Source: an uncultured Candidatus Binatia bacterium (lineage in GTDB: Bacteria > Desulfobacterota > Binatia > UBA9968 > JAJDTQ01). Taken from it: a stretch of 64,000 nt of DNA. The DNA lies in contig OZ219754.1 in the NCBI GenBank assembly GCA_964291295.2, positions 1,504,001 through 1,568,000 on the forward strand, written 5' to 3'. Position 1 is the stretch's first letter, and every line of letters starts with the position of its first letter. The translations under genes were made by a program, and so were the position numbers. This document shows positions 10,701 through 19,846 of this stretch, in pieces. The notes beneath the pieces are model-generated. The model had not been told where the DNA came from and ran no database searches. It saw nothing but the letters and a program-made list of their open reading frames with translations.

Positions 10701-11048
10701 TCGCGTGACGTCCCCTTCGATGATCGCTTCGACAGTCCTTGGGAGAAGCGCCTTTACGATGCCTTGGTCGCACACGGCCTGGACCCGATTCCGCAGCATC
10801 CGGTGGCCGGTCGCTTCCTGGATCTGGCCATCGTCGATGAATCCCGGCATCCGCCTTTACGCTTGGACATCGAGGTCGATGGGGTCGCCTTCCACACCGA
10901 CGTCGAAGGAAACCGGCTCGCGTCCGACCTGTGGCGGGATCATCAGTTGCGGGGCTTGGGTTGGAAGGTTCTGCGCTTCTGGGTCTACGAATTGAGGGAC
11001 GACATGGAGGAGTGTCTTGAACAAGTCGACAAAGTCATCGGATGTTGA
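7755..11048 (+). CDS. wHTH + UPF1/DNA2-like SF1 helicase + C-terminal DUF559/Vsr-like nuclease
   Basis: GPPGTGKS, DEAG, VGDPMQL, EHYRCHP, FQGDERD, LNVAISRAR; C-terminal DSPWE...LDLA...IEVDG...RD..L...GWKVLRFW. Confidence 0.9.
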   Translation: MNEAESLFQDTILRVLETAPQGLTVERIRSQLAKAGAVAAKHEIVRTLAQMNDRQLIQIDATRRWLVRHNSLKTGKDGHAVSGTSEKYLVSIPCQAVAGKRPEMAQEMPAGKGVERSLDLLQQLLPYYQESLRAGDGGSPQAFANQYGDSFGFLEPDRPWWPTAARGHTLIVSLSSVPPGLRSLVAKQHSSHMLLGYPLHMVAPRDADGDVFIRPVSVIRCRYEQTETHLRIDVPVVQPTIVRDWLRGQVKYGGWTASRLLSWLLIEDETAGLQAEDEAEAPEFLEIPTLAARLESAAGKSVQQRLVPSAVAGRVPRKCATGYYNGLALFPEAAGKYARSAIKDYERLCRESRESLGNSSLGACFGIPRPVSPIPAILHPFPLGETQLLATSAALSEPLTVITGPPGTGKSQVIAAIMLSAAAAGRSVLLAARQHRAIDAVKERLEALTDDRSLLVRANESEGFGKFTFADGLRALQTRAGDPDAVRRFDQRLADIAEVDLARWRLLEAWRRLKSTSEEAGVLLAELDKLATERTRLSAKVPFSPETRTGSSLLLRALRFLARLLHCTVAGDTLLGGISRDAYFEREETRLRAALHEVEERIRKLRAELDGQKETPVTLGAKVQAMSTEAMEPLLDCLNAVTSEDRQALVSIAGDAGIMGWQGVDSDACQRILKYMPLWAVTTLAAGSRIPLKSGLFDYVVFDEAGVTDIASSLPLLFRAKSAVIVGDPMQLGMICNLDPREERMMLSRHGLLRPGIGLFAQSQTDLFQFAASVGESAPFLLSEHYRCHPDIAAYFNEAFYGRRLTTLTDERALRVPRGLKAGLHWTDVQGLVSTGRDIGMGGSVYSDSEAEAVVEKLEEVAALDFEGTVGIVTFFAPQARRINEMAVRRIGSDKLNRLNVKVFTANKFQGDERDVMLVSLCLAPDMPPGARKFLAEEKRLLNVAISRARAVCNVFGNKTFAAGCGIPHIETLVRRVDTAMWSRDVPFDDRFDSPWEKRLYDALVAHGLDPIPQHPVAGRFLDLAIVDESRHPPLRLDIEVDGVAFHTDVEGNRLASDLWRDHQLRGLGWKVLRFWVYELRDDMEECLEQVDKVIGC

Positions 11049-13263
11049 TCCTTCTGTTCCGCCACGGCCCGCCGACCTGTCGGCCAAACCCCGTCCGGCC
11101 CTTTGGCTGCTTGGTGCACTTGCGCTGATCGGAATAGGCTCCGCTGCATTCCTGGCCCTGGTGGTGATGGAGAGCGTCATCAGCCGGAAAATGAAACAGG
11201 CTGAAGTCGTCGCGCTTTCGGCGAGACTCGAGAGTTCGCAGGTCGTCGTGGCAGAGGTCGAGGCAGAAATCGGTGTCAAGCAGGAAACCCTCAACGCCTT
11301 GCAGCAAACTGTAAACAGGCTGATGACACAGAAAGATCGGCTGGCCGCACAGAAGGATGCCTTGGATGGAAACATTGAGGAAGCCCGTGTTCTTATCGAG
11401 GGCGCCAAGACTGCAAGACGCATACAGGCGGAACTGAAACAGGCAGAGATCCAGTCCCGCCGTCGCTTGCGCGAGTTCGAAAATGAGCGCGCGAGCCTGT
11501 CGAACCAGATCGACTCCGAACGACAGCGTGCAGTGGACCTCAAAGCGCAGAGAGAGCGCGAAGAGAATTTTCTGCTTGCCATTCGCGGCGACCTCAAGGA
11601 GTTGCGTGCAGAACGCCACCGTGCGGAAGAGGAAAGGGACACGGCCCAACGTGACCTGGCTGGACTACAGGCACGAATTGAGGAGGCACGACAGCGCCTG
11701 ACCGTGGTCTCCGGGCGGCTTGACAACGGTCTGAACGAATTGGGGGCGCTCGAAGGTCGACTGGAAGGCCTGCGTATGCAGGCCAAGAAGGCCAGTCAAG
11801 AGACGGGTCGCGAAACTGTAGCTCTGAAAAGCGCCCGGAATCAGCGGGAGACGCTGGCGGCCGAGGTCGCGCAACTGGATTCACGCAAGTCCGCGTTGGA
11901 ACAGGAAATCGCGGGGCTAAAGAGTGATCGGGAGCGTCTCGGTCAGGCGGAGCAGGACCTCGCGACCGCTATTCAGGAGCTGCGGGTGATACAAGGTGAA
12001 ATCAAGGAGTCACGCCAAAGGGCGGAATCAGCTCAAGCACTGATAAATCGGTTGCCGCAGATTGCGGACGAATTGGAGGCGTTGGAGGCGAGGCGAGATG
12101 CTGCGGCGAAGGTGGTTGCCGACCTGGAGGGGCAACGTGCGGAGCGGGATCGTCTGTTGGCGGCGGTCGGTGCACTGGAAGGGGGCTTGCGGGGATTGCA
12201 GGGGGAGGAGGCGGAGATCAAGGCCCGGCTTCCCGCTCTGGAGGCGCGGCGGGATGCCGCGGTCAGGGAGATTGCCGATCTGGAGGGGAAGCGGGATGCT
12301 GCGGCGAACGCGGTTGCCGACCTGGAGGGGCAACGTGCGGAGCGGGACGGCTTGTTGGCGGAGATTGGTGCACTGGAAGGGGGCTTGAGGGGACTGCAGG
12401 GGGAGGAGGCGGAGATCAAGGCCCGGCTTCCTGTTTTGGAGGCGCGGCGGGATGCCGCGGTCAGGGAGATTGCCGATCTGGAGGCGAGGCGAGATGCTGC
12501 GGCGAAGGTGGTTGCCGACCTGGAGGGGCAACGTGCGGAGCGGGATCGTCTGTTGGCGGCGGTCGGTGCACTGGAAGGGGGCTTGCGGGGATTGCAGGGG
12601 GAGGAGGCGGAGATCAAGGCCCGGCTTCCCGCTCTGGAGGCGCGGCGGGATGCCGCGGTCAGGGAGATTGCCGATCTGGAGGGGCAACGTGCGGAGCGGG
12701 ACGGCTTGTTGGCGGAGATTGGTGCACTGGAAGGGGGCTTGAGGGGACTGCAGGGGGAGGAGGCGGAGATCAAGGCCCGGCTTCCTGTTTTGGAGGCGCG
12801 GCGGGATGCCGCGGTCAGGGAGATTGCCGATCTGGAGGGGCAACGTGCGGAGCGGGACGGCTTGTTGGCGGAGATTGGTGCACTGGAAGGGGGCTTGCGG
12901 GGATTGCAGGGGGAGGAGGCGGAGATCAAGGCCCGGCTCCCCGCTCTGGAGGCGCGGCGGGATGCCGCGGTCAGGGAGATTGCCGATCTGGAGGGGCAAC
13001 GTGCGGAGCGGGACCGCTTGTTGGCGGAGATTGGTGCACTGGAAGGGGGCTTGAGGGGACTGCAGGGGGAGGAGGCGGAGATCAAGGCCCGGCTCCCCGC
13101 TCTGGAGGCGCGGCGGGATGCCGCGGTCAGGGAGATTGCCGATCTGGAGGCGCAAATCAAACTCCGAAAGGACACGCAGAAGGTCGAAGCCGACAGACTC
13201 GAAGAACGACCGATCGAATCGCAAAGACTCGAAGAGCCTGCAGTGCCCGTCGAAACACCATAG
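11017..13263 (+). CDS. N-terminally membrane-anchored long coiled-coil repeat protein
   Basis: TM LWLLGALALIGIGSAAFLALVV followed by about 650 aa of heptad-rich sequence; exact start uncertain. Confidence 0.8.
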   Translation: MNKSTKSSDVDPSVPPRPADLSAKPRPALWLLGALALIGIGSAAFLALVVMESVISRKMKQAEVVALSARLESSQVVVAEVEAEIGVKQETLNALQQTVNRLMTQKDRLAAQKDALDGNIEEARVLIEGAKTARRIQAELKQAEIQSRRRLREFENERASLSNQIDSERQRAVDLKAQREREENFLLAIRGDLKELRAERHRAEEERDTAQRDLAGLQARIEEARQRLTVVSGRLDNGLNELGALEGRLEGLRMQAKKASQETGRETVALKSARNQRETLAAEVAQLDSRKSALEQEIAGLKSDRERLGQAEQDLATAIQELRVIQGEIKESRQRAESAQALINRLPQIADELEALEARRDAAAKVVADLEGQRAERDRLLAAVGALEGGLRGLQGEEAEIKARLPALEARRDAAVREIADLEGKRDAAANAVADLEGQRAERDGLLAEIGALEGGLRGLQGEEAEIKARLPVLEARRDAAVREIADLEARRDAAAKVVADLEGQRAERDRLLAAVGALEGGLRGLQGEEAEIKARLPALEARRDAAVREIADLEGQRAERDGLLAEIGALEGGLRGLQGEEAEIKARLPVLEARRDAAVREIADLEGQRAERDGLLAEIGALEGGLRGLQGEEAEIKARLPALEARRDAAVREIADLEGQRAERDRLLAEIGALEGGLRGLQGEEAEIKARLPALEARRDAAVREIADLEAQIKLRKDTQKVEADRLEERPIESQRLEEPAVPVETP
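12082..13143 (+). repeat. Intragenic array of six 156-bp (52-aa) units plus three 42-bp (14-aa) units
   Basis: Order 14-52-14-52-14-52-52-52-52 aa; unit LEGQRAERD...RRDAAVREIAD. Confidence 0.95.
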
Positions 13264-13299
13264 GATCGGCGACAAGTTGATATTCGGAAGGACAACACG

Positions 13300-15393
13300 A
13301 TGAATTGGGTGCTGAACCCCGACATGCTTTTGATCTTGAGCGCAGTCACCATGGTTTTCGTCCTGCTTGTCGCCTTTTTCCTGGGCGTGCGCCACCAGCT
13401 TGCGTGGGAGCGTTTGCCCGCGGCGGCGCGGAGCGCGGAGTTGGCAACGCTTGTTGCGCAGCGAGAAGCCGAACTTCTACACGGGGAACAACGGCTGACG
13501 AGGCTTCATGAGCAGATCCGTGATTCCGAGACCAGGCTTCTGGAGCGTGACCGGTTCGAATCCGAGGCAGAATACTGGAAATCACAAAGCGAAGCCCTCA
13601 AGGCGGAATATGCAGGTCTTGATCAAATACGCGCTGAAATCGAGGTGGTTCGCGAACACTACCGGCAGGAGATCGAGAATCTGGGGGATGTTGAAAGACA
13701 ACTACGCGAGGTCAACGGTGACCTGGAGGACAAGCGCTTGCGTGTGGCCCAAGCGGACAGTCAACTGCACCAGATCGCCGTTGAGGACGGCCGCCTGCGT
13801 GAGGCACGGCAGGAATTGTCACAGGCAGTGGAGGAGATGGAAACCAAGCTCAGCACACAAAAGGCTGAGAGCGCATTCGCACAGGAAAATCTTGAGCGGA
13901 TACAGGATCGGGTGGTCAGAATTGAGCGCGAAGTTGCAATGCTCGAATCCCGGCAAAAGGAGTTGCTTGGCGAAATCCGGGTGGCCGAGAGCCAGTTGCA
14001 AGCCGCCAAGTCCGAGTTGAGCGGCCTTGACCCCAGGCACCAAGAGCTTGCCAGTGTCCTGGAGTCCCTGGAATCCGCCCAGCGAGAGCTCAAAGACAGG
14101 CAAGAATCGTTACTTCTGCTGAAGTCCGAAGAGGCCAGGTTGCATGCTCAGATTGCACGCATGAGGGCGGAATTCGATGCGACCCAGGACAATTCTGCCG
14201 CGCTTGCCGATCTTCTGGAACCGCCAGCCTACCTGAAGGGGGAGGACAGGCTGGCCAGGCCGCAGCCCGACGAACAGGAGTGGGATGCGCTGCAACGAGT
14301 TCGACAACACCTGAAAAAGAACGGTCTCTTCTTTAGCGGCCGCGTGATCGATGCGTTCCACACCAGTCTGAAGATGGCTGTCATCTCTCCGCTCACGGTA
14401 CTCGCCGGTGTCAGCGGAACGGGGAAGAGCCAGTTGCCTCGCTTCTACGCGGATGCGATGGGCATGCATTTTCTCAAGATTCCGGTTCAGCCACGATGGG
14501 ACGGCCCGCAGGACCTTTTTGGCTTCTACAACTATATCGAGCGGCGTTACAAGGCGACCGATCTTTCACGCGGGCTGGTCCATATGGACCCCTACAACTG
14601 GGGTGAGCAATCAAGAAAATTCAGCGACCGTGTGTTACTTGTCCTGTTGGATGAGATGAACCTGGCTCGCGTGGAGTACTATTTCTCGGAGTTCTTAAGC
14701 CGTCTGGAAGGCCGCCCATTCGATGAAAACGCGGGCAAGGAATACATTCGGCGGCCCTCCGAATTCGAGATAGACGTTGGTCCACAGGGTGAGACCCGGC
14801 GCGTCCATGTCGGCCAGAATATCCTTTTTGTCGGAACGATGAACGAGGACGAGTCGACGCTGGCGCTATCGGACAAGGTGCTGGACCGAGCGAATGTGTT
14901 GCGTTTTCCAAAGCCGGTCGAACTCAAGTCGGAACTTCCGACCAGGGACGAGGCGTATCTGGCCGACGGTTACCTGCCAAGATCCCGTTGGACAGAGAAG
15001 TGGGTTCGCAGAGAAAAGGACATGGAGAAGGCCGTCTCTGACGAATCGTCCCGTATCATTCAAGATGTCAACGATATCATGGAAGAGTTGGGGCGTCCGT
15101 TTGGCCATCGCATGGGCCAGGCCATGCTCTGTTACGTCGCGAACTATCCCGTTCGGCGCGGTCAGTCGTCGTTGGAAGTGGGTAAACAGGCGATATGCGA
15201 TCAAATTGAGTTGAGAGTCCTTCCAAGGTTGCGGGGTATTCTGGTGGAGGAGAACCGCGGCGGTCTTGGCAAACTCTCCGATGTTGCGAAGTCTTTGAAC
15301 GATGATGGGCTCGCAAACGAGATCCAACACGCAATACAACGCTCGCAGGCGACAAGCGGTCTGTTTGTCTGGCGCGGATTTACCAGAGAATAG
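13300..15393 (+). CDS. McrB-like AAA+ GTPase (NxD clade) with N-terminal TM and coiled coil
   Basis: GVSGTGKS Walker A, LLDEMNLARVEYYFSEFLS Walker B, GTMNEDEST, DKVLDRA. Confidence 0.9.
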   Translation: MNWVLNPDMLLILSAVTMVFVLLVAFFLGVRHQLAWERLPAAARSAELATLVAQREAELLHGEQRLTRLHEQIRDSETRLLERDRFESEAEYWKSQSEALKAEYAGLDQIRAEIEVVREHYRQEIENLGDVERQLREVNGDLEDKRLRVAQADSQLHQIAVEDGRLREARQELSQAVEEMETKLSTQKAESAFAQENLERIQDRVVRIEREVAMLESRQKELLGEIRVAESQLQAAKSELSGLDPRHQELASVLESLESAQRELKDRQESLLLLKSEEARLHAQIARMRAEFDATQDNSAALADLLEPPAYLKGEDRLARPQPDEQEWDALQRVRQHLKKNGLFFSGRVIDAFHTSLKMAVISPLTVLAGVSGTGKSQLPRFYADAMGMHFLKIPVQPRWDGPQDLFGFYNYIERRYKATDLSRGLVHMDPYNWGEQSRKFSDRVLLVLLDEMNLARVEYYFSEFLSRLEGRPFDENAGKEYIRRPSEFEIDVGPQGETRRVHVGQNILFVGTMNEDESTLALSDKVLDRANVLRFPKPVELKSELPTRDEAYLADGYLPRSRWTEKWVRREKDMEKAVSDESSRIIQDVNDIMEELGRPFGHRMGQAMLCYVANYPVRRGQSSLEVGKQAICDQIELRVLPRLRGILVEENRGGLGKLSDVAKSLNDDGLANEIQHAIQRSQATSGLFVWRGFTRE

Positions 15394-15404
15394 AAGACCG
15401 AATC

Positions 15405-17009
15405 ATGGCGACTGCGGACCTGGCCCTGTTACACCTGCCTTGGGACTTGATCCGGAATGGGCAGACTCAATGCAGAATCTCGGCTCACGAAACGGTGCGA
15501 TATAGCGGATGTATCGTTCCTCTCGTGTTCAGTCGTGACGCCCAACCCCTGTTTGTGAACGGCGATGATCGGACGAGCGACGTGTTTGTCGAGTTCCAGA
15601 CGCGTCATGGCGAGAAGCAGAAGGTCTGGGACATCCCGATTCCATTGCACCACAAGGAGGTCTGCACGCTGCGCTTCCACACTTGGGACGGGGATGCGTT
15701 GATCGAGTTGGAACATCGCGTCAGCCGTCCGACCCGAAGCTTTGACGATGAGAAGGGGACTCTGCAAGAATCGACGGGAGACCGGATCGTCCGTTTCTTG
15801 CGGACCATCGCCGCACGGACGCGGGACTTCGAGACTGCGCTGGAAGCCGGTCTTGATCCGTGGGAGCATGTTCTCTTGTTGTGGCTCAAGCCCGATGAGC
15901 CTCGAGGTCCCACGATGGATATCCTGGTTCGGCACGCACGCGAGCATCAGTCCACTTGGGCAGACATCGCTGATCGTCCGAGACGGCTGCTGAATCACAG
16001 CCGCGAACTCGTCGCCCTGTCGCGTGTGCAAGAGGTGGATATCCATTGTATGCGCTGGCTGTCGCGCCAACCCGGCGACACGCTGGCGGAGCGGGCCGGG
16101 GGCCGGCAACGCATTCTGGCATTGGCCCGCCACGAAGACCGCAATACTCTGGAGAACCGGGTTTTCCTGGACCTGATGGTCCGCAGCGTGGATGCCGCAA
16201 GAGACTGGCTCGCCATGAATGAAGGCCGGTTGATTACATCAAGGACACAATCCATCAGGCGGTACAAGCAGGAATGCTGCAATCTCGGCATTGAATTGGC
16301 GACTCGTGGCGTGTCGCGCCAAGTTGAACCGGTTCAGCCCAACTACGTATTGCTCCACGACGAACGTTATCGTCGTGTCTGGACGGCGCGGCACGAAATT
16401 CTCCGACGCGAGAGGGCGACAGATGATCTGTGGCGTTGGCAGCATCGATCCTGGGCGGAGTTTTGCAAATCCGTCGTCGCCGTAAGCCTGCTCTGGATTT
16501 CCGGTGCCGACCGCTTCTTCGCAACGCCGTTGTCTGTTGCCCATGAACACCGGTGCGGACACTGGTTGATTCACGATGATCCCATGATCGTCGTCGCACA
16601 TTGGCAAAACGAATGGGTCGTGGAGTTGCTGTCGGGCGATTCGGAAGACATTCCCCATGGAATGCGCCAGCTATGCGCATCCTTGTGGCTTCACTGCGCT
16701 GAGTTCGGTGGTGGGGACGACATGTACATCCCGGTATGGACGGTTCATGCCCTTGACGGATCGTCGAATCTGCGTGAGCTCGTTGACTCCGCCAACGAAG
16801 CCCTGGAAATGCTGCCGAACCGCCGTCAGTTTGCCGGTGGGATCGTGTTGGCTTCGCTTGTCGACCCAAACCTTGGGACAACAAGCGAAGAAGCGGAGTT
16901 TGTATCGGGCTGCATGTTCGGCCCCTGCGACCACCAACTCACCGATGCGCTTGAGCGTCTGGGTGAGCGCATCCGGCATCGGATCGAGGTGTCGTTGTGC
17001 GAGCATTGA
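15405..17009 (+). CDS. DUF2357 McrC-like protein
   Basis: NTLENRVF and QPNYVLLHDERYRRVW motifs; directly downstream of the McrB-like gene. Confidence 0.75.
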   Translation: MATADLALLHLPWDLIRNGQTQCRISAHETVRYSGCIVPLVFSRDAQPLFVNGDDRTSDVFVEFQTRHGEKQKVWDIPIPLHHKEVCTLRFHTWDGDALIELEHRVSRPTRSFDDEKGTLQESTGDRIVRFLRTIAARTRDFETALEAGLDPWEHVLLLWLKPDEPRGPTMDILVRHAREHQSTWADIADRPRRLLNHSRELVALSRVQEVDIHCMRWLSRQPGDTLAERAGGRQRILALARHEDRNTLENRVFLDLMVRSVDAARDWLAMNEGRLITSRTQSIRRYKQECCNLGIELATRGVSRQVEPVQPNYVLLHDERYRRVWTARHEILRRERATDDLWRWQHRSWAEFCKSVVAVSLLWISGADRFFATPLSVAHEHRCGHWLIHDDPMIVVAHWQNEWVVELLSGDSEDIPHGMRQLCASLWLHCAEFGGGDDMYIPVWTVHALDGSSNLRELVDSANEALEMLPNRRQFAGGIVLASLVDPNLGTTSEEAEFVSGCMFGPCDHQLTDALERLGERIRHRIEVSLCEH

Positions 17010-19528
17010 TCGGCGTCGACCTGAACGGGGTCACGGACCAACTTGCCAGACTTGACGACGACGGGGAGAGGTGCATCGATCTCGGTATTCGCGGCTGCAT
17101 GGTGCGCCTGAACGTGCGGCCAGACCGATGGCTGGCCGGTGTACAGAATGAACTTGCACCGCGTGGACCTGGTTGGGGGCGCGTCGGCTCAAGCGATAAT
17201 CGGGTCGAGATGTTGAGGATGTTGGAACGGATACGTGACGCCGAACCCGACGAGCGGGTCAGGACCGCCGTGATCTCCTCCCTGCCAAGCGTCACGGGTG
17301 ACAGCGAACTCGCCGTCTTTGCCGTTCCGGATATTCCAGCTTATGGAGAGGAGTTCCGCGACCGCTATCTCCGGTTGCTGAACCTCGTCACCGGGCTGCG
17401 GCCCTTGCTGCTCTGGCGCCCGGTGGCGGCCCTTCTGGGCCGCGTTGCCGACGCGCCGCAACAGTTTCACCACGGACAGGAGGTCGCCGTCCTGTCGCTT
17501 ATGGCGGACGGAATACACCTGTCCATGCTGTCGCTGGAATCTCACGATGACGGCTCGTTGCTGGTTCCACAGCGAGACAGGTCTGGCCAGAGGACCGGTG
17601 CATCTTTTCGTGGCGAAGTCCTGGTGGAGGATGCGCGAAGCCGTCTTGTACGGCAAACGAACTTGTCCGCGGAGGACATTGAGGCTTCGGCAATGTCTCC
17701 CTGGCTTTTCGCCGTAGGCAAAGAGCGGCGACCGGAGCTTGTCCGGCTGGCCGGCAACCGTGGCTGGTTGAAACTTCCGGGCCTCGATCACCGTCCACCT
17801 TTGCCGGACAGTCTGGATTTGCAGAATGAGTTGCTGGATACACTGCGTGCCGCGCGAGCTCTGCTCATCGAAGGACCGTTCGCCGGCAACAGACAATGGT
17901 GCGATGGCGTGAAGGCCGCCTTGACGGCACGAGTGGATCTGCCGGACTTCATCGAGACCGCGGACAGTTCCACCGTCGCGCGTGGCTGTCTGGAAGCGGC
18001 AAGGCGGTACCGGTGCGACCAGCCGATCTATTTCGACTTTTTGCCCCAACTCGAGATCAACGCCCTGGTTGATGACGAACCACAATTCGTAGACTTGATC
18101 AGGAGCGGCGAGCGGTGCCCGGGAGGTGAAACCTTTGTGGCACATGCCCCAGGAGATTACCGTATCAATCAGGGGGCAACGCACCTCACCTTCTGGTTGT
18201 TCAAGGAAGATTCCGATTGCGCCCGCAAGGCCGAAGCCTCACTTCCGGGCAGGGCGGATCAGTCATACGACCTTGACGTGATAGTGAGGCAGACGCCAGG
18301 TCAAGGCTTCGCACAAGTGCAAATCTCCTCGTCCGATTTCGACGAACTCCGTCGGCACCCCATCACCCTCGATTGGGAGGGTATGGAGAACGATGATCGA
18401 TGCCGTGACGACATCCTGAAGGAATTGGGCGAGCAAACTCAATCCGGGCGCGGCTGGCGGAAGACCGACGTCAAACCGGGTCACCCTTTCCTATGGCTGG
18501 ACGTGCATCCCAAGGGAAACCTGATGGAGCAATTGGCGGCGTATCGAGCGGCGCCGTTGATTCAGAAGGGCAGGGTTGACCGCGATGTGACGGCGTCGCT
18601 GGAGACTCTACGTGGCCGCTTCTCCCGGCTCGAAAGGCCTTCCTTTATTGCTCCAAGGATGGGATTGGCCGTGGAGGAAGACGAAAGCTTCAGGCCTCTG
18701 GACAGTAACGGAGCACTACCTGAACCGGCGAGCGGAATCCAGATTCCGAGGGGTGCGGAAGAGGAACTGGATGAGACCCTATCCAAGTGCGATAACGACT
18801 TGGTTGTTTTGCAACAGCGTTTCGGTGAACAGATAGACACGCCGATCCTGGGTCATATCGTGGGTTTTGCCAGTTGGTGTTTCGTCCGGTGTCCACCCGG
18901 CATTGCGGAGGTGCTGCTGGGTACCTACGAAGGAAAATACAAATACAAGATCCATCACATTCTGCTAAGCGAAGGCGTTGCGCGTGTCATCTCGAAACCA
19001 TGCCAGATGGAGCGCTATTTCGGCGCCGTGGAAATTCGGCTTGCCAGAAAGGGCAATTTGACCACGTCCGATTATGCGGGCGTCGCTCGTGTCCTCAGTA
19101 CCCACGAGAACGCAGCGGTCATTCTCCCCTCTGTGCTCGCAGACCGGCTCCGAGTTGAGGCTGTGCGGGACATCGACTGCGAGAACTCCAAGGGCATGGA
19201 CGCGGCCTACAAGAGACGTTTCAAGTCGGCTCTGTTGATGCTGGCTGTGCTCCTGCGGCACCGTCAAAAACGCCAAGGGTTCCTTGATCCTGGGAGTGAA
19301 CAGGGGAAGAAACTGCTGTCCCTACTCCACACGGCGAAGCAACGCAACCTCAAATTTGGGAAAAAAGGCCTGCAGCGAGCGTCCCGTGTCAGCGGAGCGA
19401 CCAGAAAGGACCGTCGTTTCGACGACAACGCCAAGTTAATTCACGAGATCGCGGAATACATCCTCTTGAGGGGTAGGGACCCGAACTTCATTGTGCGCAT
19501 ACGTCGTTGGATTGACGACGACGAATGA
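16997..19528 (+). CDS. Divergent Hsp70/actin-fold protein with helical C-terminal extension
   Basis: IGVDLNG phosphate-1-like motif, AVFAVPD, LLWRPVAALL (cf. INEPTAAA), VARGCLEAA. Confidence 0.6.
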   Translation: MRALIGVDLNGVTDQLARLDDDGERCIDLGIRGCMVRLNVRPDRWLAGVQNELAPRGPGWGRVGSSDNRVEMLRMLERIRDAEPDERVRTAVISSLPSVTGDSELAVFAVPDIPAYGEEFRDRYLRLLNLVTGLRPLLLWRPVAALLGRVADAPQQFHHGQEVAVLSLMADGIHLSMLSLESHDDGSLLVPQRDRSGQRTGASFRGEVLVEDARSRLVRQTNLSAEDIEASAMSPWLFAVGKERRPELVRLAGNRGWLKLPGLDHRPPLPDSLDLQNELLDTLRAARALLIEGPFAGNRQWCDGVKAALTARVDLPDFIETADSSTVARGCLEAARRYRCDQPIYFDFLPQLEINALVDDEPQFVDLIRSGERCPGGETFVAHAPGDYRINQGATHLTFWLFKEDSDCARKAEASLPGRADQSYDLDVIVRQTPGQGFAQVQISSSDFDELRRHPITLDWEGMENDDRCRDDILKELGEQTQSGRGWRKTDVKPGHPFLWLDVHPKGNLMEQLAAYRAAPLIQKGRVDRDVTASLETLRGRFSRLERPSFIAPRMGLAVEEDESFRPLDSNGALPEPASGIQIPRGAEEELDETLSKCDNDLVVLQQRFGEQIDTPILGHIVGFASWCFVRCPPGIAEVLLGTYEGKYKYKIHHILLSEGVARVISKPCQMERYFGAVEIRLARKGNLTTSDYAGVARVLSTHENAAVILPSVLADRLRVEAVRDIDCENSKGMDAAYKRRFKSALLMLAVLLRHRQKRQGFLDPGSEQGKKLLSLLHTAKQRNLKFGKKGLQRASRVSGATRKDRRFDDNAKLIHEIAEYILLRGRDPNFIVRIRRWIDDDE

Positions 19529-19846
19529 GTACGTTTTCTCGAGTTTCCCATGCCGGCTGATTGCAGGCGTCCGTAGCTTGTTGTGCCTGATCAGCCTCCC
19601 GATCCGTCCGGGGGTCAAGAAATTCCGAATGGTATCGACAAGCAACTGCCACCGTCCACCGAATCAATTGCTTCCTTGCTCCTCGACGCGAGTGCAGCAA
19701 GGGACGCCAGGTGTCGGCGCACAGCAACGAGGACCGCCAGGGTATGCCCCACATCCGGGGTGGGCGGTCGAACGGGAACCCGCAATATCGCAGGGTGTCG
19801 GGAGGCCACGAACGGCCGCTTGGCCCGGGCGGACCGCAGCCTGCCG

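Noticed and set aside
12082-13143. Possible CRISPR or other spacer-containing array
   Set aside because: Repeats are contiguous, in-frame coding units with no unique spacers; no cas genes in the window
12028-13395. Long antisense ORFs here and elsewhere (22142-23872, 28981-30783, 30735-32528, 57202-58728)
   Set aside because: Shadow ORFs of GC-rich genes with clear families on the opposite strand
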